Part shown: in pieces, positions 1 through 10,600 of the stretch
Position numbering within the stretch: position 1 is the first letter of the stretch
Layout of the letters: the number at the start of each line of letters is the position of its first letter
IMG/VR virus record: IMGVR_UViG_3300033144_005510
DNA: 64,000 nt
From: a virus
Lineage: Duplodnaviria > Heunggongvirae > Uroviricota > Caudoviricetes
Direction: 5' to 3' (one strand)
Program-made: the position numbers and the translations under genes
The notes under the pieces: model-generated
What the model was told of the DNA's origin: nothing
Databases searched by the model: none
The model's input: only the letters and a program-made list of their open reading frames with translations

Positions 1-1
1 G

Positions 2-3000
2 ATTTTATCTGGTGTTATAGACACTGTTGAAGGTGCTGCACAATTACTTAAACCAGAACTTAATCTAAATACTGCTCCTAATATAGATGCTGGATTTTTA
101 AAGAAAATTAATGTTGACCAGATCAGTGGTAATATTTTTGAAGGATTGCTTTTAAAAGCAGGCAATCCTTTTTCAGAAAAAGAATTTTCTAATACTACTT
201 TTGATTTTCCGTCAGGTTTAGGCCCAGGTCTCGGTGCTAAATTTGATTCAAAATTAGCCAATGAAGCAACAGATGCAAAAAATTCATTCACTAGAGATTC
301 GCTCAGATCATTAATCAAAAAAGTAAGAAATCAAACAGTAGACAATCTTCGTCCTGAGTTGAACAAGATTGATGATGATCTTGATAAAGAATTTCAACCT
401 ATTTTACAGTCATTGCAAAAAGACCAACGTGGTAAAAAAAGTCTTTCTTCTAAAGATGTTCAAGAGAGTTTTGGTGTATCCAAAGCAGTTGCTGGTAATC
501 TTAGGAATGCTAACTTTGTTGCTAGGGCAGGCGGCGGTGAAATTGTAGATCTTGCCTTTGATGAAGAAGGCCTTGTTCCTGCGTTAACCATGCCTGGAGA
601 ATTGATTTTTGGTCCAAAGTCAACACGTCAAGCTGGCGAGAACGCATTGCGTAAATTTAATGAGACTGGTGATCCTAGTGCTTTAGGTTCTTTTGATTTA
701 TCTGATGTTAGTCGGGTTCCTGGTAGAGGCAATTCGGATTCATTTAGAACAGATATTCCAGAAGGCAGTTTTGTAATTCGTAAAGCTTTTGCTGAGGATG
801 TTGTCGGTAATTTTAATAATACTAAAAAGTCTTCTGGTTCTGGATCTTCTAGAAGAGCGGCAAATGGCGGATTGATGAGATTTGCTTCTGGCGGAATGGT
901 TAAAAAATTCCAGGGAGGCGGTAGAGCAACTGTTTCACAATTAACCTCTCCCAACGTTGGCGAAACCATTGAAGTTGTAATAGATCCGACTTCAATAGAC
1001 AGAGCAGGTGATAACCTCAGTAGTTCAATTGTAGACGGTATGACGGTAGGATCTAAAAAAGCGGGCAATATAATTGAAGCAGAAATAGCTGGTGAAACAG
1101 CTCAGATAAGAGGTTCAAACAATAGAGCGGCACGTCGACCAAGACCCAATCAGTTTGGTTTTGGAAGAACTCGTGGTGTTAGGGGGCTTGCAGGTCGTGC
1201 TGGAGTAACTGCTGGAAGATCTATCGCTGGCGCTGCGTCTAAACTTGGACCAAAAGCATTATCAATAGGAAGTAAATTAGGAAGTCCAGGCGCATTAATA
1301 GCTACTTCTTTTGCTGCTCCTTTGATTCAGGGCGCTATTGGGGATGAAACCGCAGGACGGGCTGCTACTGGTGCTGGTATCTCTGGTGCTCTTGGTGGTG
1401 CGACAACTGGTGCGGCTATTGGAAGTGCAATAGCTCCTGGCGTGGGAACGGTTGTTGGCGGTGTTCTAGGTGGTTTAACAGGGGCTTTTGCGAGTGCAAC
1501 AGACGCCTTCGATCAAAAAACATCAGATCTAGCAAGAGTTGAGCTTGCAGAAACTGTGCAAGGAGTTGCGGATGCTTTAAAAGGGCTCGATACTGGTATA
1601 ACAACTGGAGAAGACCTAGCCAAAGCAAATATTGAAGCTACTAAAGCTGCTGATTTAGCAAGTCAAGCTCAATTTGATACTGGAACCAGTCTCGCTACTC
1701 TTACTTCTGATGTAACTAAGATAAGCACTGCATTTACTGGCTTGGGTTTTCTTAATAAAATTTTGACGGGAGAAAGTCTTATTAGCGCAGGTGGTGCGTT
1801 TGGTGTTGGTCAAGATACCACTGAAAGAAATTTAGAAAAAGCAATTAGAAATCAAGAAGGCTTTTTCTTAGCGATTACTCGTGATTTTTTAGGTCCAAAT
1901 TTAGGTGCTGATGAGGCTAGAGCTGAAGCAAGGTCTCAGGTTTTGGACCAGTTTGCTAAAGATATTTCTGATAGTTTTAGAGAAAGTGCTAATCAAAGCC
2001 TCAACTTTTTAAATAGAGCTATTGGGACACCAGATGAAAGACGTAATGTTGACGATCTTATTAGAGATTTAGGCGGACTTGAGAATGTAGCAAGACAGCT
2101 TGGCGCTACTCGCGCTGAAAAAGTAAGACAGGAACTTGGCGACGATTTTACTAATGCCACAATAAGAGATGCGGCTCTTAAGTCGGAAGGGCTGGCCATA
2201 TTAAACGAGCAACGGAAAACAATTGATGTTAGGAATAAATTAATAGATGCTGAGATTGCTGCTGCTGAAGCTGCTAGGAAAGCGGGCGTGGAAATAAATT
2301 TATTGAATTTTAGACTTGCTGCTTTGGGAGAGGCCGCTAGTCTTGCTGCTAGTGCTGGTGAAGATGCTAGGTCTACATTAGCAAGTATTCAGGCTGGACC
2401 TCAAGGTGGTGCGGCTACAATTAGTACTCAATTGCCTAAAAATTTAGCGCTTGCAGACGAGAGTCTTCTTAATCAACAGTTGGACCGTATTAGTGGATTT
2501 ATAGGTACGGATCAACAAGGCCAAGAAGCAGCAATTATCAAAGATTTAAGATCTACTATACAAGACGCAAAATTCCTGGCTGATAAAGGTCCACAAATTC
2601 TTGCAGCAGCAGCTGGTGGTTCTGGTATTGAGGGCGCAAGTGCTGAACAGGTTGTAAAAAAATTATTTGAAAAAACTGAATTTCAGGGTCTTGGTCAACA
2701 AGCCCAAAACGCATTTATTACCGCTATAAGTGAGTTAGCGACGGGCAAAGGCGAAAAAGAGGGGCAGAGAAATTTACAGGAATTACTTGAAGGCGCTGAT
2801 CCTACTGAAATTATTGATAAGATTACTAATCAGTTAAGTGCCGTAGGCCTCGAAACATTCCGTGCTAATATTGATGCCATTAATAAAATTACCAACGAGT
2901 TAAATAAAAATTACGCAAATCTTAATAAGGCTTTACTAAAATCAATTTCTGCACAACGAAAAGCCGATCAGTTTGGGGCTAATATAGCTAATAGAGTTAG

Positions 3001-6000
3001 AAGATTCCAAGGGTTGCAAGAAGACTTTCGTGCTCCTCAGAGACAATTTGAGTCTAGTATTGTAGCTAGTGTTGGAACTTTAGACCCAAGACAAATCGCT
3101 AGTACGCTTATTGCAGAAAGAGCAAATGTTCGTGATCTTGAAGCACAACAAAGAGCCGCAACTACTCCTGAAGAATCTAAAAGATTAGCTGAAGAAATTA
3201 GGAAAAGCAATTTAGAACAAATAAAACTTCAACAAGCACTTGATGATCTTTCTAATAATACATTAGAGTTGGCGGCGATTGAAAAAGAATTAGCTCAACT
3301 CCAAAAAAGAAGAGAAGCTGGGAGGGATTTCTCTTCTAGGTTGAGAATAGCTGCTTCAGACCCACAAGAATTGCAAAGACTTGCTGAAGATGTATTATCA
3401 GCTCAAAAAATTATTGGAGGAGGAAAAGTTTCAGCTCAAGAATTTGCTGGAGGTAGCAGTCTTTTAAGACAATTAGGAGAAATTCAAGGCGGAGATGCTC
3501 CTAAACAAGTCGGTGACGCAATTGCAAAAAGTAATACAGATTTTCTGCGAGCCATTGGTTTAGATGCTGGTTTTGCTAAATTCCTTACAGATGCTGAGGG
3601 AAAAGGCCAAGAACGAGATCTTACAAATCAGTTTGGAGACGCTTTAAGAAATCAGAAAGCTGCCTTAGATGCTCAAGCACAAGCATTTCAGGACATTGCC
3701 AATAATGTGCAAACAAATTCAGAAAGAGTTTTTAATGAGCAGAAAACTGCATTTGGAAAGATCCCTGATATTATAGCAGATAAGTTTAAAGACGTAACTG
3801 TAAAAATTCCGACAGACAAGGCTATTCCAGTTGTAATTATAGACGCAAAGTCGCCTTTAGGCGAGGTCGGACCTGTTCCTCCTGCTCTTAGAAGTGGTGG
3901 CTTTATTCCAGGTGCTATACAGGGAAGTAATAAAGATTCTAAATTAATCAATGCGCAACCAGGGGAATTTGTTGTTCGTCGTGAGGCTGTTAGAGGTAAT
4001 CGGGATTTCTTGGAAAATCTGAATAATGGTAACTTTAGGTTTGGTGGAGAAATTCCTGGGTTTAGGAACGGCGGTGGTTTAAGCGCTCAAGCTATTCTAA
4101 ATAGAAGGAGACGGCTGAGAGGACGAAGGCGACAGGAGAGTCAGGAAGCACCGTTTTTTGATCTAACTAAACCAAGACCATCGGCGGAAGAGACAATCGC
4201 AAAACTCCCAGTTGATCTAACTAAACCAAGACCATCAGCGGGAGAGTTACAGGCTGCCGTTCGTTCGGATATTTTTGTAACTGATGGCACTGATAGATTT
4301 AGACCAAAAGTTACATCAGGTTCAAGTGATTTCTTACGCGCAACTGCTCAAAGAAATTTAGAATTAAAAAGACAAGAAAGAGCAGCCCGAGCAAAACAGG
4401 CTGTTGGGTCTGAAGACATTGATACGGATGCTCTTTTTAAAGAAAGTGAAAATATACAAGCTTTTCAAAGAAACAAAGCTAGGTTTTCTAAAATCGGATC
4501 TTTTTTTGGTCGTATAGCTGGTGGCGTCAGAGGAGAATCTGAAAGAATAACGCGAAGAGATGCGGAAGCAGCAGAAGCAGAAAGACTAAAAGAAGAAAAA
4601 AGAGAACAATCTAGAAGAGATTTTTTAATTAGGTCTGGCATTGATCCCAAGTCTAAACTCTTTCGTTTTGGACCAGACAAAGAACCAACTGACAAGGTAA
4701 AATCTTTCCGAGACCGTCTTTTAGATTCAGTAGAAGCAGAAAGACAAGAAAGAGCAGCCCGATCAAAACAGATTGAGGAAATCACTGGTAGATCTGTAGA
4801 AAAGCGAGTACAAGAACGGCGACGAGAAAGAGAAAAAGCCGCACTAGAATTTGGCAAGAAAAATATCCCAGGTTTTGATCCTTTCTTTGACAGAGAAGCG
4901 GAAAAAAGAGAAAACGAACTTAGATTCGGGCCTGGGCCTCGGAAAAAGTCTCTTATTCTGCCAGGGCCAGCTATTGATAAACGACGAAGACTATCCGCCG
5001 ATGATAGACGACGCGCACAATTCGAAATAGGAGTTAGGAGAGCCAAAGAAAGTAGAAATCGCCGAACATTACTAGATGTGCCTTCTCTTCTTTCCAAGAC
5101 AGACCCAAGTAAAGATGTAAGGAATTTTCTCGATCTTGCAGGAACAGGGAAGGCTGGGGATATTATTCCTCCTGGTTCACAGCGTGGTCAAACTGCCGCC
5201 TTTTTAAAGGGAGCCTTTGGTTTTGACGGCGCTACAGCGGTGGATGGTTTGGGTGCAGACGCCCCAGGATTTTTAAAGGTGATACGTGAAGCTGGTCCTG
5301 CCCCCGTCCAATTTAGTCCTAATTTTGATCAGCGACTGAAGTTTAAAGCTAAGGGGCTGGGTCGCTCTCTAAGAAACACTATAAATTCAAGGCCAGAGGA
5401 AATATTAGATAGGTTAGGATTAGGCATTTTGAACAGGCCAAGATTTAGATCTGGTGGCATGTTGGGAGCAGACAACACTTTAATTGCTGTTCAGCCTGGG
5501 GAGTTTGTTGTTAATAAAAGCGCCACACAACAAAATCGTGGATTATTAGAAAGTATTAATGGAAATTTTGCACGTAAACCGTCCACAATAGGGGGTATAC
5601 AAAGATTCCAAAATGGCGGTTTGGTACTAGGGGCAGGAGCAGGCAACACAACATCTGGCGGCTCTGTTACTAATATTGAAGTTAATGGGGGCAAGCCTTT
5701 ACTTGGTGTTGAAGCTATTAGATCATTGGACATGTTTAGTACGTCCAGTCAAGAATTAACATCTGCTTTAAATAGTTTAAATAATTTGGCTCAATTTTCT
5801 ACTAGCCTTAATCAGGCTGCTGAAAGTTTGAAAAATATAGTTATTCCAGAAAGAATTCAAATTGAATCTGCTCCAATACAAGTTAATGTGGTTATTAATG
5901 GAGCTGAGGCTTTAGCAAATATGGAAGAAGGTATTAAAGAAATGGTTGCTGGAAAAATCCAAACAGCTATTAATCAGTCGGTGAACCCAATAACTGGTGA

Positions 6001-6022
6001 AACTAATACATCGTTTGTTTAA
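2..6022 (+). CDS. giant virion-associated protein, 5'-truncated at window edge (tape-measure / internal-virion-protein-like)
   Basis: Frame is open from nt 2 with no stop; track ORF 146..6022 is only the from-Met part. Gly/Ala-rich N-terminal third, long coiled-coil-like middle, internal duplications (SGG-x-PGEFVV twice, ERQERAAR-x-KQ twice, tandem DLTKPRPSA). Followed by further plus-strand structural ORFs. Confidence 0.5.
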   Translation: MLSGVIDTVEGAAQLLKPELNLNTAPNIDAGFLKKINVDQISGNIFEGLLLKAGNPFSEKEFSNTTFDFPSGLGPGLGAKFDSKLANEATDAKNSFTRDSLRSLIKKVRNQTVDNLRPELNKIDDDLDKEFQPILQSLQKDQRGKKSLSSKDVQESFGVSKAVAGNLRNANFVARAGGGEIVDLAFDEEGLVPALTMPGELIFGPKSTRQAGENALRKFNETGDPSALGSFDLSDVSRVPGRGNSDSFRTDIPEGSFVIRKAFAEDVVGNFNNTKKSSGSGSSRRAANGGLMRFASGGMVKKFQGGGRATVSQLTSPNVGETIEVVIDPTSIDRAGDNLSSSIVDGMTVGSKKAGNIIEAEIAGETAQIRGSNNRAARRPRPNQFGFGRTRGVRGLAGRAGVTAGRSIAGAASKLGPKALSIGSKLGSPGALIATSFAAPLIQGAIGDETAGRAATGAGISGALGGATTGAAIGSAIAPGVGTVVGGVLGGLTGAFASATDAFDQKTSDLARVELAETVQGVADALKGLDTGITTGEDLAKANIEATKAADLASQAQFDTGTSLATLTSDVTKISTAFTGLGFLNKILTGESLISAGGAFGVGQDTTERNLEKAIRNQEGFFLAITRDFLGPNLGADEARAEARSQVLDQFAKDISDSFRESANQSLNFLNRAIGTPDERRNVDDLIRDLGGLENVARQLGATRAEKVRQELGDDFTNATIRDAALKSEGLAILNEQRKTIDVRNKLIDAEIAAAEAARKAGVEINLLNFRLAALGEAASLAASAGEDARSTLASIQAGPQGGAATISTQLPKNLALADESLLNQQLDRISGFIGTDQQGQEAAIIKDLRSTIQDAKFLADKGPQILAAAAGGSGIEGASAEQVVKKLFEKTEFQGLGQQAQNAFITAISELATGKGEKEGQRNLQELLEGADPTEIIDKITNQLSAVGLETFRANIDAINKITNELNKNYANLNKALLKSISAQRKADQFGANIANRVRRFQGLQEDFRAPQRQFESSIVASVGTLDPRQIASTLIAERANVRDLEAQQRAATTPEESKRLAEEIRKSNLEQIKLQQALDDLSNNTLELAAIEKELAQLQKRREAGRDFSSRLRIAASDPQELQRLAEDVLSAQKIIGGGKVSAQEFAGGSSLLRQLGEIQGGDAPKQVGDAIAKSNTDFLRAIGLDAGFAKFLTDAEGKGQERDLTNQFGDALRNQKAALDAQAQAFQDIANNVQTNSERVFNEQKTAFGKIPDIIADKFKDVTVKIPTDKAIPVVIIDAKSPLGEVGPVPPALRSGGFIPGAIQGSNKDSKLINAQPGEFVVRREAVRGNRDFLENLNNGNFRFGGEIPGFRNGGGLSAQAILNRRRRLRGRRRQESQEAPFFDLTKPRPSAEETIAKLPVDLTKPRPSAGELQAAVRSDIFVTDGTDRFRPKVTSGSSDFLRATAQRNLELKRQERAARAKQAVGSEDIDTDALFKESENIQAFQRNKARFSKIGSFFGRIAGGVRGESERITRRDAEAAEAERLKEEKREQSRRDFLIRSGIDPKSKLFRFGPDKEPTDKVKSFRDRLLDSVEAERQERAARSKQIEEITGRSVEKRVQERRREREKAALEFGKKNIPGFDPFFDREAEKRENELRFGPGPRKKSLILPGPAIDKRRRLSADDRRRAQFEIGVRRAKESRNRRTLLDVPSLLSKTDPSKDVRNFLDLAGTGKAGDIIPPGSQRGQTAAFLKGAFGFDGATAVDGLGADAPGFLKVIREAGPAPVQFSPNFDQRLKFKAKGLGRSLRNTINSRPEEILDRLGLGILNRPRFRSGGMLGADNTLIAVQPGEFVVNKSATQQNRGLLESINGNFARKPSTIGGIQRFQNGGLVLGAGAGNTTSGGSVTNIEVNGGKPLLGVEAIRSLDMFSTSSQELTSALNSLNNLAQFSTSLNQAAESLKNIVIPERIQIESAPIQVNVVINGAEALANMEEGIKEMVAGKIQTAINQSVNPITGETNTSFV
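4160..4241 (+). repeat. tandem direct repeat inside the giant virion gene (2 x ~28 nt encoding DLTKPRPSA)
   Basis: GATCTAACTAAACCAAGACCATC(G/A)GCGG(A/G)AGA occurs twice, 54 nt apart. Confidence 0.7.
5933..5962 (+). repeat. 30-nt exact repeat, copy 1 (ATTAAAGAAATGGTTGCTGGAAAAATCCAA)
   Basis: Identical 30-mer present in inverted orientation at 28239-28268. Encodes IKEMVAGKIQ in both host ORFs. Confidence 0.8.
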
Positions 6023-6034
6023 AAAGGTAGAATT

Positions 6035-7627
6035 ATGACTCTTCAAAGTACAACTATGACCTATGGTGCTTATACTTTTGATCCAGTCCCGATTATTAAT
6101 ATCACTAGGCGAGCGGTTCAAGCTGATAATAAGTTAAATCCATTTAATTTTCCGTTTACTATGACCTTGAATGGTGTTTTAGTGGCAGATCCAAATGGTT
6201 TGGACAGTCTTTGGACTTTAATGGAAAACTTAAGGTCTGGCTTAAATCAAGACGGAAAATATTTAACTATTCTTTGTGGTGTTACAGAAATTTTTAAAGA
6301 ACGTGCTTGGATCAATGATATAACTTTTAATGAGTCTAATAATAACTGGATTGACACAATCCCGTATACTATTGAAATAGAGTATGATGATTCTGCTGAC
6401 AATCCAAGTGGGGATATTGCAAAAATTGAAAGCTATGAAGAAACATGGGATGTAGAATTTCTAAATGAGACAAAAAGGTATTTTATTTGGGATACCGCCG
6501 ACAATACCAACATCCCTACTGGCAAACAAGATGGAAGTTCAACATATACTGAAGATCAAAACAATCCTTTTGAATGTAAAATTGTTCATAATGTAACTTG
6601 CCAAGGCCGTAGATCATGGACTGGTGTAGCAGAACCTGGAACATTAAAAGAAGCGGCAGAAAATGCTTGGGATTTTATTACTACAGTCGGTGTTGGAAGT
6701 GACTTGGGGTATGATGCCACAAATACAGACGATGGTAAAATGTGGGGACATGCCATTCAACCGTTTTTCAATTTATCAAATAACACGGCTGATTTTATTG
6801 TTTTAGATAATTTTAGATCTAGCAATGTTAATGAAAGCAACGGAACTGCTTCCGCTACTGAATTATTTTATATTATTGGTGCTAATACGGGATTAGCCGC
6901 TATTGAAAGAAATATAACAGAAGATTTTTCTGTAGATATTAGGCAAGGCATAGATCAAAACAATGTAAATGTTTCTATACAGGGAACAATTCAGGGTTTG
7001 CAAGTAAATGATTATTCCACAACGGGATTGAAAACAAATACCGCTACTTCAGCATACGATAATGCGGCATCTGGATGGACAGAAATTCAAGACAGACTTT
7101 TTCCTCGTGCTCAATTTGTTTATTTTAAAGACTATACAAATAATTTAAATCCATCTCCTGCGTCAAAGCAAGTTTCACATTCGCCTTCTCAAGGTACTAT
7201 AAGTTATAGTTATGAGTTTAATGATCGCCCATGTTCATTTTTTACCAATGTTTTAAGTGAAAATGTAACAATTGTGGATAATAATCCTACAGACGTGTTT
7301 GCAACCCTGCAAGTCTTAGGAAGAGGAAGAGGTCCAGTTTTACAAGCAATAGATACCGTTACAGCGCCTAGTAGAGATGTTACGGTAGAATTAGTGGTTC
7401 CTCCTCCTACTGCATGTTCCACATATAATGATTTAGAAGCATTTAATCCTGGCACTCAAGTGGAAACATTTATTTGTAATTATGAGACTGCATTGACTAC
7501 TGCAAATGACCAAGTTTTCAAAACAAATGATATAATAAATTGGAATCCGATTAATGGAAGATATTCTAGATCAGTGTCTTGGACTTATCAAGACTGTGGC
7601 ACAGATTACGACACAACTATTTGCTAA
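6035..7627 (+). CDS. hypothetical virion structural protein (530 aa)
   Basis: Long ORF, RBS-like AAAGGTAG upstream, packed between two giant structural genes on the same strand. No recognisable catalytic motif. Confidence 0.4.
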   Translation: MTLQSTTMTYGAYTFDPVPIINITRRAVQADNKLNPFNFPFTMTLNGVLVADPNGLDSLWTLMENLRSGLNQDGKYLTILCGVTEIFKERAWINDITFNESNNNWIDTIPYTIEIEYDDSADNPSGDIAKIESYEETWDVEFLNETKRYFIWDTADNTNIPTGKQDGSSTYTEDQNNPFECKIVHNVTCQGRRSWTGVAEPGTLKEAAENAWDFITTVGVGSDLGYDATNTDDGKMWGHAIQPFFNLSNNTADFIVLDNFRSSNVNESNGTASATELFYIIGANTGLAAIERNITEDFSVDIRQGIDQNNVNVSIQGTIQGLQVNDYSTTGLKTNTATSAYDNAASGWTEIQDRLFPRAQFVYFKDYTNNLNPSPASKQVSHSPSQGTISYSYEFNDRPCSFFTNVLSENVTIVDNNPTDVFATLQVLGRGRGPVLQAIDTVTAPSRDVTVELVVPPPTACSTYNDLEAFNPGTQVETFICNYETALTTANDQVFKTNDIINWNPINGRYSRSVSWTYQDCGTDYDTTIC

Positions 7628-7660
7628 TTTTTAAAAATTTTATAGGAATTATATAATATA

Positions 7661-10600
7661 ATGGCAGCTCCAGTAAAAAATGATTCTGCGCAGTGCGGAG
7701 GCACTGGTATTGTAGGCGGTTTTGAACAAACGCTATTTTTAGGCTGTAGCATTATGTCTTTTTCTGCTTCAGCTGGCTGGAATGAGCAGCAATCTGAAAT
7801 TACTGTGCAATTAGTGGAAGATAATTGCGAAGGAACAAAATATTATTATGATAATGCATTAGCAAAACAAACGTGGACAGCAGCAGACCCTGGTTTTTAT
7901 GGTTTATTGAGACCTATTATTGGTGCTCCTGTATATTTTAGGGTTGGTGATTTTGAATTTGCTGGTCTTGTGCAGAACTGGGAAGAGAGTTATAGCACAT
8001 CTGGTAATCCAACTTATACTGTAAAAATTGTAGACCCAAGAACTTTATTAGAAAATGCCCAAGTTATTATAAATGATTATGCTGGAGGCGTTGGCAGTCT
8101 TGCAAATATTATTAATCCTTTCGGTTATTTAGAATCATTTTATAATACTGATAATTGCAAAGAAGTTGAGCAAATTAGTCCTGGTGTATATGGTATTCAT
8201 CAGCTATCTCCACCAACTGTTGTTCCTACAGCAGATTCCACTTATCAATCTGCCGATCAGGGTGTTTTCGGTTCTCCTGCTCAAGGATATGGTGCTGATG
8301 TTAATGAAAAAGGTTTTCTATATTTACAGTTAAAGCAAGGCATTCAAACATTATTGGGTCAATGGCCTAATATTAATCAAACAAATGAGTATTTAGGAAG
8401 AGGAAGATTTTCTCCATATGGTAGACTTGTTTTTAAAGCGCCAGAACCTGGAGGTGGTGTAGTAGAAGCACAAGCCATGGGGCTTATGTGGAGAGACCGT
8501 TCTTTTAATTCAATAGGCCAAGCAGAAAATTTAGCTGAGTACGCTCTTGATATTACCGAATTACCAGACGGTTTTGACGATGCTCTTTTAAACTATTGGA
8601 GAATTAATGGTTCGACTGTTTCAGTCATGGATATAGTCAGTGAGGTTTGTGAGAACGCTGGGTATGATTATTATATTGAATTAGTACCAGTTATAAACTT
8701 TGGCGATCTCAATTCCAGTAGTGGTGTTACAAAATTTATCAAAGTTAGAGTTACTGATAGAAACGTTGCTCCAGCTAGTAATGCTATTGAAGGTTTTGTT
8801 AATGAAAGACAAACTTCTGGAGATTTTCCTGGTACTGGACTAGGGTCAAACACTACAGTTATAAATTGGAATAAGGGAAGAGAATTAAGAAATAATCCTA
8901 CACAAACTTTTGTTATAGGTGGAAAGAAAAATTCTTTATATCAGGCTTATCAAACAAATAGCACTGGTAATGTTGTAGATAGAACCATCGCCCCTTATTT
9001 TGGATTAGATTTAAACGAAAATGTAATTATTCCTTCATTAGATGATAATGATGAATGGTACTTTAATGCTAATGCTCTTGATCTTGCTTCCTCTTTATTT
9101 CCTTATGATGTTGAAGTTCCTGGCTTTCAAGTAGAAATAAAAGAGAATGAATTAATCGCAGCTCTTTCTAGTTATGATGTATGGGTAAGTTATGCCTCGG
9201 CTTTGGATACTGCTTTATTTGGCATAGCTACTTCTGGACTTGATGCCGTACAAATAAAAGGGCTTTTTTCTTTTACAGTTCAAGACCTTGACGCTATTAC
9301 AAAATGGATAGCAGATGGAGCAACAGGAGTTCCTGGCGACTGGATAAAAGTTGGAAAAAATACTATTCCTCAAGACAGGGATACTAATCAAACAGAGATA
9401 ATGAATGTTTGTTTTGAATGGATTAGGAAACTGGCCGATGAATACTATGGTAAAAAATTCCAAGTGCGAGTGCCTTTTGTTTGTGGTAAACAGGATGTAC
9501 AATCTGGCCAAGTAATTTTAGATACAAATCCCGTACAGCAAGGTTATACAGACATTTCCGTCCCCACTGTACTTGGAATAACCAATTCATTTACGGATTC
9601 TGCTTTTAGAACAGATGACAATAGACATCAAGCATTTGCTAGGCTTTATTTTGTTGATGATGAAAATAATAGCATAGTAAAAACACAGTCTTTAGATCAA
9701 GACGATCTGATTATTAGAGACATTTCAGACTTTTCCACGGGCAATCAAATAAGATCCGACATACCTTTTGTAGGTGTTTCTGTAGATCCAGAATATGTAT
9801 TTGTTAGTAAAAGTTTGTTGTTCAGTCCAAGAGCTGTAATAACACTTCCAGAAAGAGTATCTTTAGACGAAAAGAAACTTACTGGAGCTGGAGATAGTAT
9901 ACCTGGAGAAAATAAATTTGATCAGCATCATAATGCTGTAAATATGCTCGTACAGATATTAAATAAGTCCGTGGGAGCAGCTTTAAGTGAAGCACAAATA
10001 AAAACCGCAGTAGAAGATGTTGAAAAACTTGTTGGAGGTATTCTTACACAGGAAATATGGATAGACAGACCCGTTATGCCCGATGCGGTTGCTTTAGGCA
10101 TACAGTCAAATATTTTAACTTATGGCCCATGGACTAGCACCGAAATTGATGGTAATACTATAAGTGCTGGTCTAGCTGGAACTGTTAGAGTTATTAATCA
10201 AGAAAGTCTTGTCCCTTGGGAATATAACGGTCATAATCCAGCCACGTTTGGTTATTTAAATGCTGCTGGAACTGCTTTTGCAGAACAGGGTAGATCTGTA
10301 AATCAAGTTTTTGAACAGGGGCAGGTAACTGTTGCGGGTTATCCTGAATTGCCTCTTGGTTCAGAATTGAGGGCGGCTGATATTGGAGGACCATACGCTG
10401 GCGGCGACAAACTTAATTTAGTTGAAGGTAGAGATGCTACCAATGTCTTGACAAGTGTTGTAAATTTAAACGGGACTTTAATAGTCACTTATTATGTTAA
10501 TTATGGTCGATGGGTTGGTACATATGGACCGAATGTTACTGGAATTAATGTCCAAGTTGGCCCACAAGGATTACAAACTACGTATACTCTTAGAACATGG

